Positions 26,112-38,700 of a stretch of 64,000 nucleotides of DNA are shown piece by piece (the stretch's first letter is position 1; each line of letters opens with the position of its first letter). The notes beneath the pieces are model-generated. The model saw only the letters and a program-made list of their open reading frames with translations. It had not been told where the DNA came from and made no database searches. The stretch is from assembly GCA_002633005.1 (NCBI GenBank), contig NMRA01000047.1:374913-438912 (forward strand). Reading direction: 5' to 3'. The stretch comes from Phoronis australis. Taxonomy: Eukaryota > Animalia > Phoronida. Position numbers and translations under genes: made by a program.

Positions 26112-29100
26112 AACTTTTTCATGGACTGTACACAGTTATCCTATGTGCTACATATGACTTTTGGTCCCTTTTTAAGATTCATGACCTCAGGCAGATATAT
26201 AATGCAGTAAAGAACGAGGTGGTGGCATCGTACTTGCCAACGGATCCCCTTTTGGCGTGAATGTCTTGCTTTTTCAAGGTTTCTTTCACCATTCCTTTGC
26301 ACCGTCCAAATGTCCAGCTTTTTGACATACAGCAAAATTGGCTTAGTTGTTACAAATTATCGTTGCGATTTACCACGTCGTTCTAGTAAAAGAATGAAAA
26401 GCGTTGTTGGGGCGTTTCAGGTGCCTCACTCTTCCGTTTTGGCATGAACCCAGGTGTCCCGGTTTTTCAATCCAGGTGTCCCATTTTTTTCTTTTTTTCG
26501 AATTATGGCAACTAGTATTTAACGTATGTGACATGCATATAGAGTTGCAAGCTTTTCTCGATTCATTGAAAATCAGCCAATGAAATACCCAACTCATGCT
26601 ACTGCTCATATATATCAATTAGAGAATGAGATGCACTTAGCCGAAGACGGAAGAGATAGCGCTGAAGATCAAAATTACACTGTCTGTCAGGCGCTGCTCA
26701 CGTACTTCTACATTTGACTTCAATTGCATTGTTAATACTGTGGCAACGACGTTACATAAAAGATAAAATCTCAACAGATGGGAACGTTTTATCAATTATG
26801 AAATAAATGAAAGACCAGAACGTCCAAGCTTCGCGAGAATAGTATAAGAAGTGTGGGGACAAGTGCAAATAGGGGTTACAGGGGTACCCTCTGCCGACGT
26901 ACACTAGCGCAAGAATTATCTGTGTTCGAATTCAGTTTGTTTTAAACCCTTGAAAAGTTTTTAACCTCTTGGTTTTGATACAAGGTTAAAAAGTTATAAA
27001 CAAAAGTATGCGTGTGAAATTAAAGTTGCCTGTCGTTCTGTTTTATTAGCTAGCCAAAACAAAAGTCGAATTACATATTAGTTTAATTCTAAAAATTGGT
27101 CTCATGACCTTCTGAAAACTTGGCAGTGTATTCCAGACCTGCTAACTTGGCAACAGATGGACAGATCCGACAACCGCTATGCTTCCTAATGGCAATGTTT
27201 TTTCTGCACATGACGTTTTCGATTTATGAGCAGGCGCGTGTATTATTTTCTGTCTTCTCTGTTGGATGAAATAATTACTTTATTTTTTCACGTTTGCCTC
27301 TGTATCTCTGGAGTTCCTGTACGGATTTTCATGAAATATGGCAATTAGTTTTGTGTTGGGGAGACGACTACACCTTTCAATTTTTGGACAGGTCTGACAT
27401 ATTCTCCGCCATCATCTCATGCGCGCACCCAGCCTTCAATGTGGTGGGCTCGAATTCCTGACGTTGTGGAACTGTTGGTAACAAAAAAGCGGGCGGACAA
27501 AAAAAAAAAACGGGGGCACCACTGTGAATTGCGCGTTTGTGCTTGTTTAGTGGACTTTTGTCTCATTTTCTCGGACTTTTTGTTTCTGGGAGGCGGACCT
27601 TTTTGCCCACTTCGCCAAATAGGGGGGCTCGTTCCATTTTTATGATACTAATAAACACTCATAAAAGTATACCATTTGTGATACAGTCGTGATCTCATTT
27701 CAATGCTCCACGTTGGCTCTTGTTTAATTTACAGATACCTTCAGAACGCAGTCTCCAAGATGGACCCGTCTTCTAGGCAGAATGCCATAAAAGAGCTTCA
27801 GCGGGTAACACGGACAATCGAGGAGATGTACTTGCGTCCCATGCAGAAAACAATTACGAACGCTTATAAGAGCCAGTTGACTTTGGCCTTCCTAGCACGA
27901 TTCAGTCGGCTGAGCCACTTGGTTGAAATCATGTCCGAAGTAGTCGACGTGACCTCGGATGTTCTACGCCGACAGACTGACTTGTCAACAGAGCTTAACA
28001 TTAACCGAGATGACGTTCAGAACAGTTGCAAAAAACTAGATATTATCCTACACGAGGTACGTCGAATCGAAGTTACTGATTGATTAAAGCCACCTCTAAG
28101 AGAAAAAATCCTGCGGTCCAGTTACTAACACACATGTACATAGGTGGCATGAACGGGACGTGTCTGAGTGTCTTTGATGACTTTTTCACAACCAAGTTCC
28201 CCAAATGGGCGACTCGTCCAACAAATTAAAGGGACATTAAAGGTTTTACAGCAGAAAAAGGGTTTATATGCCCAAGTATACATATGTGGGTGTACATGTA
28301 TATTGCCTTCGTCCTGCGTCCGCTGCTGTATCTCGCCAGTGCCTTAACAGAATTGATCCTAACGAGCTTTAATAGATGTGTTCCTATGAAACCGACGACA
28401 AATGACGACGAGTTTCGGACCGATCCGGATCTGTTTTTTACATTAGCTTCTGAACTTTTGGAGTTCCTGCACGGACTTTTTTTGTGGAATTTTGTAAATA
28501 AGTTTCTATTAGAGATTCTAAGAGACCTTACCATTTTTGCTCGGATTTGACATATTTTGCGTCATATAGTGGCCATTTTATGACACAATTGCCTTAGAAG
28601 CATACCGTTGATGATGCAGTCTTGTGATTATTGCTGGATAAGATGGACTTCTTTAAATTTCTCCCTTTAAATTCCCCGTGGAAGGGTTCTGTCCACGATA
28701 TTTTAGACTGGAACTAAACAACGTCCATTTTGCGGCAAAACAAGACTGAAGACGTATTTATTTAAGGCGGCTTCAGTCCAGGGGACTGTTTATTCAATTT
28801 TCCAGTTAAAAACATTTTGTAGGGTTCAGAGCCATTACAAAAGTATCATGTGCTTGTATGGGGAATAACTTTTCCTTGGAATCTCCATATGGATGGGTCC
28901 CTTTAATCATGCTTACTCTCTAAAAAGGAGCCAAGTCTTATATCTTGCCGAATCTTCAGTGACGTGCAGAGGTATCATACAGTCCCAGCTGCCCCTCTGT
29001 AAGTGAAATAGTCAATGTCCTAACACGTAATTTTCAGTTAAAATGACATTATCGACAAGAAAGGGGACACTGTGTATTTCTATTTGAGGGTCCAAATCGC

Positions 29101-32100
29101 GTCATAATAGTGGCAAATACAGGCTCGTTAATGGAAAAAGTACTCAAGGCTGATGTCACAGATTTTAAATACTGTTTACAATTGAAAATTTGATAATAGC
29201 CAATGAGCAAAGAAGTCCGGTGATAATGTGACGAAACTGACTGTGTGATTCAGTATTTTCTCATCATTTACAGAGTGCTCGGATGCAGAGTAAAATATGG
29301 CATGTCGCGCAATACCACTCGCCGAAGTTGCAGTCTTCGCAATTCGTTCAACCCAACCTATGCAATACTGGTCCTGCGGACGCAATTACAGAGTCGTGCG
29401 TTCTAAAAGACTTGGGCCTGAAAGAAGCCTATGATAATGTTCCAGTGAATGGCTATGACCTGGATACAAAAATTTGTTGCCTCCACGATTCGGCGGACGA
29501 ACTTCTGTCAGCAGCGAGACAATGTTGCGATTCTTCTGAGGGCTACATCGTCTGTCGCACAACGCGTTCGCGAGTCGAAGCACTGCGCAGCATGCTACCC
29601 GAGAAAATTTTTCCCCTCAAACGCAAACCAGACAAGCGACACGCTTGGATTACTTGCTCTCAGCTGACTAGCAAACAACAACGATAAACTCGCAGAGTCT
29701 GGAAACGGCAGCGACCTTTTATGCTCACGACACACCAGAATAGGCCTACGAAAGATTATTCAACGAGTTTTTCAAGACAGCAACTACTTACAGGCGTTAA
29801 TGCTGGAGTTCGTTTTTGTATTCATTTTAAACATCTGATTTTACATTTACTAGCTGTGTATTGCTAAAGCAATTTTAAATGATTTTTCACTTGAACAACT
29901 TGCATTTTATTAAATCGTTTTAACACCACTTGTTTCTCTGTTCAATCTTAACAATTAAGCCAAATGTACATGTATTAAAATGATTGTTTTCAGGAGCTAA
30001 ACTTGAAGAAATCGAATTAAAGATTAGATAGGCGATGAAACCAAGAATGACCCATGACCACGACACCGACGACCTTGACAGCAGCTGACGTTACAGTGCG
30101 TAAGCCAACAATAACTGCGTTGAGAAATCAGCCAATAAAAAGTCATCAAATCGGAAAGCATAGAAAACACTCCAGATAGCCTTCGCAAAGATGTAATCTA
30201 AATAAATTCAGAAGGTTCTGATAAGGAGGCCATCACAGGACCATCCTAAGTCCGATTTCACCCCAAAACAGATTCGCCTCGAGCTTTTCTCGAACCACAG
30301 TGTCTGCTTTGTAAATTTCATATCGATCTGACGAAAAATGCGACCTGTTGCACGGGCCTCAGTGGCAGATCCAGGATACCACAAGGGGGGCCAACATGTT
30401 GCCAAAGCGCGATTGTATGTGCGATCTGGGGTCTGAGCCCCTCAACCGCTGCTAGTTACTGAACTCAATATTTCCTCACGCTTCACGCTGTTGCTGTCTC
30501 ATCTTGCTTGCGGCAGCCAAAAGGAGGGGGGGAGGGTTAATTTAAATACGCCTATGGGCCTACGTGCACGGCGGACCAGTAATCTCGGATATCTCGCCAG
30601 TCAAAACGAAAAACGGATTCAGATAGCGCTAGACGAGGTGTACCACAAAGACACGTCAAGGGACGACGGAGATGTACGACACGCAAAATTAATCGGAATA
30701 TTTCGAATAACTCGAGACTAGTAATTCGAAGCGAAAACGGACGGCACACCCCATGTAGCGTTTGACGAATTTCAAGTCAATCCCGAAGAAATACATGCGA
30801 CCTATAGCATGCGAAATAAAAAACGAAAAATGAAAGCCCTCTCGCACGAGCGATTCTTGACAAAATAAACGTTTGCCTCAGTATTTTCGGAGTTAATGAA
30901 TGAATTTTCATACTTTTCTATCAAGGAGACTACAACGCCTTCCTATTTGAGACAGATTTGATGTTTTCTGCACCACCTGGAGGACATTTAAATTTTCTTT
31001 GGGAATGCTTTTGACGTCCGCCTATCTATTTGGCAAACCGCTCAAAGAACCATTACGAAAATTGACGGTTATGTTCCTGATGCGAAGACCGCGGATGATG
31101 TACTCTGGCGTACCTTTGGAGCAATTTTGCTTTTTTTTGCGTCTACGACTGGACAATCTCCTTAAGGTGTTTAAAATCCCCAATTTCTTATTGAAAACAC
31201 CAAAACCAACCCAACCAGTCGATCAGCTGTCAAATTAGAACACCGGCAAACAGTATCTTGGCAATATATTAATTAGCTGATCTAGAGTTACCATTATTCA
31301 TTGGTCTATATATACCGGTACTACGGAAAATCGGGGATGACCAATCACTGCACTGGTCATCAATTGTGTTTAGTGTGAAAAGTTGCAGATATTGCTGCTC
31401 GTTTTCCTGTGGTATATGGTACAGCAAAGAATGCAGAGGCAATGTTTGGCTTGGTCCTGACAACTTAGTACCAGACCACTATGTGAGTGAGTAACAACTG
31501 ATATTTGAAATAGATACCTAGTCTATGAACATTTAAAGAAGTTTCTTACAAAAATTGCCCAAAGATTGGTTTCAGAAACCTCCCTTCATTGTCACACCAC
31601 AGACCTAGTAAAGCAAAAAGTAATTTAACATTGTCTTATTTTTGAATATTAACAAAACAATGATGTAATAAACCCTTCTCTTCTTATTCACAAGAAAAAA
31701 CAAACTGTCTGGAACACTAGGTCTTTGTAAGGGACACAAAAGTAGCTATCCCATACATTTTTGAAGCAGGTACAACAATCCTCTGTTTCGTCAAAGGTCG
31801 TAAGTTCCGTCTCAGCTTCAATTTTAATTTGCAAACAGACTATTGACCCGGCATGAGATGTGAAGGTGGTCCTTAAGACTGAATATGAAAAACTATCAAG
31901 TTTACGTCAGTTGTAATGTTTCCACTTGTCTAAAATACCAAAGCTGCCTTTGCAATTTAACGTGTCTAAGACCGTCTCAGCTGTGACTTGAGATACAACC
32001 TTTGATAAAACAGGCAATTAGTAAAAATACTACATGCAACTTATCCAACAGCATTCCATAAATTTTCGGATCCTATTTATAAACAGCCTTAAAAATATAC

Positions 32101-32766
32101 TCTAATATAAAGCCTGTCCAATAGAAGTGAAGAATCAGAAAAGTGTACTACTCGGATGATTAACAATTCTTGTCAACAACACTTTCAAATAATAAATGCA
32201 TTAAACGTTCCATACAAAACCATACCTTAACAAAGTGGCTGAAAAGATAGGCGTTGCTATTCCGAAGGAGTTGCTCACATGATTACTTTAAAAACATGGC
32301 AAGAGTTTTGGGCTACGCTATTCTACACTACTCACCTAAGGAAATGGAAATGATCACCAAGGCTACCTGTAAAACACTGTCTCCCTCACCTTAATCACCC
32401 TGAACAGATATCGTGTTAAACATTCCGAGTCATGCACAAACAAATTTTCAGATCTTTATGTTCTTCCTTCTGGAACGTACTAATCCTTCCCTTATTTTGC
32501 ACAAACATACTTGCCAAAGTCATTTTTCTATTTTTCAAAGCATGATTACCTTCTGACAAATAATGTTTTACATCAACCTGTTCAGTTCAAACTGAGGTAA
32601 TAACAGATCAACATTTCCTTAATCTTTACTTTTGTTGGGAAATTCAACAAAAGAAAAAAATTTACTTATGGGCAGTATCGCCTGCTAAACAGGTGAATAA
32701 TTATGTCACCAGTGTGTACGTCAAGATTACATCATTCTGTTCAATGATTCTCAACACATGCAAACG

Positions 32767-35700
32767 TTATTGAATATTTCTCTCACCCTCGATGCCTCCA
32801 CCAGGGCATGCTTCTATTGCCCCAGCAATGTCAGATGGTCGTTTGTCAGACACCTCCCTAGCAATGTCATCATCACCACTGGGTACTAAATTACCAGTCA
32901 CCTCACTGCTGTCTGGCACAGCTGTCTGACAACTAGCCTCTAATGATACGAGAGATCCTCGACTCTGTGATACCTCACATTGCTTTGCATTGTGTAAACT
33001 GGCAGACATCTCCCTCCTTTGGTTGTCATACGATAATGGAGTAGCCAACTCCTCTGGACTCTCAATTTGCGATAAATTAGAAGTTGTCTCCCCTGGTCTC
33101 TCGATTTGAGATGAATTAAAAGTTGTCTTGTCTGATCTCGCGTTGTGTAAGAAATTAGTAGTCGTCTCCCCTGATTGTAATTGGCCAGCTTTTTTTACAG
33201 GGATTCCTATCAGTTTGTGGGTCAGAGGGATTTTCTTGGAAGACTTCTTGGGCTTTTTCTGCAAGAAATCATGTAAAGCTTGAAAGATACAAACTGAAAT
33301 TCTGGTGAGCCCAAATTATGAAAGAGACAAACATTGCCCTCACGCACTGTCACTGAAATAAAATAAAATAAAATAAAAAAAAATTGGCCAATTTTTCTAG
33401 TTGGAAAAGTTTACAAAAAAATCTAATGCCCAATTTGCTAATGATGCTTATTCTCATCCCACATTCCACCATGAATTTGCCGTCATTGCAATACTACAGG
33501 TTCAACAAAGTCGCCGTAAATTGGTACATAACTCGCCGTGCACCGTAACATGCAAAATACCATGTTTTACTTTTGTCTGGCCAGAAGTCCATGGTAAGAA
33601 CAAAATAGTAAACCAACTTACTTTGGGCATGGGCCTGTTAGGGTCATGGAGTTTTCTGTGGTTGTTAAGTTTTTGCTGTAATAAACCAAAATTCATCAGA
33701 ATTCCTCAAATCCGTTATTTTAAGACTTGAGCATAAAACAAACATCTCAAAAACACATCATTTCAGTTCCTCTTTTTTGTAGCGCATGAAATAAACTATT
33801 TTGACATAATTAAGACAAATGTCACATGTATCAGCTACAAATACAGGTCAAATACTACAATAGCTATCGTGCAGTGTAACACACAACTCACTTCTCCTAT
33901 ACCTAAATTCCATAAGACACCGTCACGCAACCTAAACAATAACAGATTAAATGAAAACTTTCACAAAACCAATACCTACAGTTTTCTAGAAATTCGGCAA
34001 AATGCACAGACTTTTTAATTAGGTCTTATGTAACCTCAGATCAGTTTTATTACAGTACCCACAAATGTCATAGATCCAAAGCTAATTTAAAGCCATTCTC
34101 AAACCGTAAGCATGATTACCATTCCAAAGCTCAAACGAGACTTGAACATAACATATCATACAATCATGTAAATCTTGCCTGGCTAGCCCGGATGCTGGTG
34201 TTAAGTTGCACTTGCTCAATTCATCACGTGACTTACAAACGATTCAACAGCGGAACATAAGAAATCAGGGAAGTATGAAAGATCATGGATCTGGTAAGAT
34301 GGTAAAAATAGTCAACGGCAAATGATCACTTTGAAGTAACTTAGCACCTGTCTTTCTTTGTATACTGTGAGTGCATGATCTATACCATATTTAGACTGCT
34401 AGTAGCGTGTCTTTACACAGTATTTTAACTATATTATAAAATCATGCATCGGAAATTTGCTTTCAACTGGCTACTTTGGTTTGCGAACTTTGTTTTCCGC
34501 TAGCAAGTGGAATGTAAACAATCACCCTCACTGTTCAAGTCTCATCAGAGAAATTAATGTTCATTTTTAAGAATCGCTTATTCTTGTTAATAAAATATTT
34601 TTTAAAAAATGTCAAACTGACAAAAGGTGGATTAAGAGCTGCTTTAATAACCACATAATTACGAACAATTTCAAAGAACTGTGTGTCAGCCATTACCTAA
34701 GGTACGATAATTTCATCTACAACTGGGTGCACAACCTTTTAAAAAACAGGCCCTAGAAGTATACCTTATTCACAAATGTCCTATCACACTGTTCACACTT
34801 CAGCCTGTGTCCCAGGTGGTAAGATTTCACGTGAGCCGTCAGGTTCCGTTGACAATAGTAGACACGTGGACAGCCCTCGTATGTACAGTGGAAGATAATA
34901 CGCTCCTCGCTGTGAATCACAGAGTGCTGCTTCAACCAAGCCTTAGTGGCAAATGACTTGCCGCAGAGTTCACACGTGAACGCTGAAATGTAGGTCAAAG
35001 GTGAATGACGAAATGTATGTAATGTGATTTGAATGAGTGAAACACAGATCACCGCTACTGTACACAACAGATTAGACAAGTGTAATGTAACTTATCCGTA
35101 ACAAGATAAGACCTTGATACGATCATTTTAACACCAACAATCAAACTGGCTGGACCCAACATTAGATGAATGACTATAGTTCAAAATTTTTAATATTTCA
35201 TACATCATAATGTATGATCTGGGTACAAAAAATCCCCAAAGACGCGTCCTTGCATTTCCAACAATATTTGTGAGAAATTTAATCGAGACCACGCCTAAAA
35301 AAGCCCGATTTTCGTGCACAGCATCAATGCACTAAACCCAAGCACACGACTTCCAAGAACAACATTTTGGTACACATGTCTGACCTTACCTGTTCTATGG
35401 TCCACAGCCACATGTTTTCTAAATAATGACCACTTGTCAAAGACCTTGCCACAACCCTCTTGCGAGCATGTAAACCCTGTGGGATAGAATGACTAATAGT
35501 CAAAATGTTTGTACGATCAACTGCTTTAATAAAAATCCCCAAAGCCTTTCGTCCCAAAAACTGGCAAAGTAGCAAAGAACATTTTTGCTGACTCCTGGAC
35601 TCTCGAATTAACTCAATCTCACTCCTCTCTTTGTCTAAGATGCAAATTCCTCCGAATAATTTTGTCAAGGTTAAGCAATAATAGTGACCTATCAACAGTC

Positions 35701-38700
35701 CGATTTCTTACAAATAGCCTGGTTTTCACATTCATCTTGGACCCATCTTTGAAGAACTGAGCAGGAATTCTTGATCATATGACCATCAAAAGTTGACCTC
35801 TGGTGAGTGATTAGGTTCCCAATAGTGGTCGCGTGAGAAGCTCTCGAATATGGCAGGAACTTCAAAGCCACCATCTATGTTGTGACCAATTCCAAGAATG
35901 ACTTTCTATAGCTTGTCTACTCAAGAGAAATTAGGCTGCTGATAGGAGGCTATCATTGCTCATTGTTGTGACAGTGACAGTAACATGACCTCATGCCACA
36001 GACTGTCAAAGTTCTCGTCCTCTCAAAATTGTCTTTCAGATGTTTTGATTTATTTCCATTTCTGAGTCAAGCCCAGGCTACCAAATTTTGCCTATTTTGA
36101 AAAATACCCAATCATGAAGTCAGTCACTAAGTCACGGTTGAATTTCAAAGATGGCTTTTAATAGGGAGGGGTCATCTGTAAAAAATAATATGGAGAAACA
36201 ACCAGCAATCATTACGATTGTAGTTTTAACAACTATACCTAGATTTCTTTGTTACATTTTTGAATGAGATGTTAGAGACATTTCCTTACAAAATAACAGT
36301 TTGATATAACCATCATTTACATATGTGCGTGTCAAAACCAATCAAGGAAAATGACCCAGAATACTCCATCATCACGGCTGAGCACAAGCGGAATTCTCTG
36401 TTATGACTGCTGAGAGCAAGCAGTAAATATAGAATTCACCATTGTTGTAGCACGAATGACCCATCTTGACAAATAATATGTAATGGAGGGTAATAGACAT
36501 TTTGTCCTCTACCATTGGTATGAACACTGAGGCAAACCAAATACAGCTACACTAGCTCAAAAAGATATTTAGTTAAATGACAAGGTTATTTACAAATACA
36601 TTAAACGTGATCAGCCACAGGAATCTACTGACCTTCGTGAGTTTTATTGTGCCGTTTCAACTTAGAGCGGACACTGAATGACTTATCGCAGCCTTGGTGA
36701 GTACACTTGAACAGTTTCTCATCGGTGTGTTCTGCTCTGTGACACTTGAACAGAGTGTGCTTCTTGAACACCTGTTCACAGCCATCAACTGGACACTGAC
36801 AAGAGTGAAGAAAGTAAACAAGTGCGAACACATGAATAGACTTTTATGCAGGTACATATGCATGAGTCAATTTCATAAATACACTTGATGACTTTAACAA
36901 AAATCCTGCAGAGCCTTTAGGAGATAGAGCCATGGGCGCAAAAAAACTGCCACTAGGAGGCGCCACAGTAGTCAGTCGTTAGAAAATCGTCAGCCGTTCT
37001 CTTCACAGTATGTGCCAATTTTCACAATCATCCTTAGAGTGGTCTGGTTGATAGAGGGGCGAATGCCAAAAAAAAAAGATTCTTAAACAGTACAAATGGC
37101 CACCAGGTGACACAAAATATCTTGAATCTGTCTGAAAATGGGCAGACAGTGTCATCTCTCATTTAACAAGTAATAAAGAAACTTGATTTATTTCAGTGGT
37201 CCTAATGCCACATTTTCCACATCTCTGTCACAAGCCAGAAATACAAAAGAATCCGATAAGAACCCCCATGTTGGGCGAGGCTCTTTTGGAAATTTCCGGT
37301 GAATCGAAACATTGACCGTGAACCTTCTTGCATCTATTTTGCTATTCAACACAAGGTACCTTATACAGTTTTCCATGAAATCTGTGACGATGCTTTAAAA
37401 GGCAGTCACGGCTGCTAAATGTCTTAGTGCAACCATCCATTTCACACCTGTAATACAAGTTCACCAGTGTAAATTTCCCAACTCATGTGGGGTACAGAGG
37501 TTACACTGTGAAGCGTGAATATTTTTCCAAAAATTGTCTGATGGTAGCTCAAGGAAAGGGCTAGAACACTGAAAACTATCAATTCAGTGGTACATACCTT
37601 TTGTGAACAAATTAAATTTCACCAGTCTAGCACACTACAATGGTGAGATTGTATTGGATTTTGGCCGTCTTCAGTTGACTGGTGTTTAGATAGGAAGCTA
37701 AAGTTTACGTCCATTATTACGGCAGACCATGGATTAACTGCTGAACAAACGCTGCTGAACTCATTTTCACTGCAGCTTCTGAACCAATCAACAGATTGAA
37801 TCAAGTGAGCCTTGCCAATTTTTTTTCCATTCAATTTTAAACGGTAAAATTTCAACATAACCCCTATCCCACTCAGCGAGTACCAGAGACATCTTCAGTA
37901 TTGATAAACGAAAATGAAATCCACCCACGACTAATATACACCCAAGTCAATACTGGAGGTATCATTGGTAACTCACCTCAGTTCATGAATTCAACATGAA
38001 CTTGGAAAATACTCCTTGAAACTTTAAACAGAATAGGCTAGGTAAGCGTAGCATAACTCACCTGATTTTATTTTCCATTGGTTCGTCATCCTCAGAGATG
38101 CCATGAGTTGCTAAGTGACGGTTGAGGTGGGCCGGACGGGTGTATGACCTTGAGCAGCCTTCGTGAGGACATAAATAAGGTCTCTGGAATGTAACACTAC
38201 ATGTGGGTACTTGCCACATGCGACAGTGAGCATGAAACAATTTAAACCCAATGTAAGATATTGAATGAAGCTTTACTTGACTAGAAAATAAACACACGAA
38301 ACATTCAAATCTAACAATGAAACCCCGGATTAGCTTCTGTTTTGAGACGACAAGAAATTTCGTCCCCCACGACCTTACCAAGGAGTTGGCCAGTGCAACA
38401 TTGATACCACCGTGTTCTTCCCACATGTTTTCAAACTTGACGTTACACCATGTTTGAAAGGCTCTGAACCATGCTTGGTAATCTTCATCCATGCTTGAAA
38501 AGCTCTGAGCCATTTTAACAATTTTCAGCCATGGTTGAAAAATATCTTTTTCCAATTACAAGACATTCTGGTGCATTTGCATACAGTAGTTTTCAAAATA
38601 AACGAGACAGGCTTTGACAGAACTCTGTCAAACTTGAACAAACATCTTGCTAGAATTATTTGGCAGTTACGCTAAACTTTGTGATTAAAATGGTGTTCTT

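Noticed and set aside
19000-27400. Right terminus (TIR/TSD) of the putative KDZ element
   Set aside because: Cannot be identified without the left end or a second copy.
38184-38555. N-terminal 120 aa of the 165-aa ORF 38058-38555
   Set aside because: Intronic read-through; only 38183-38062 is the TFIIIA finger-2 exon.
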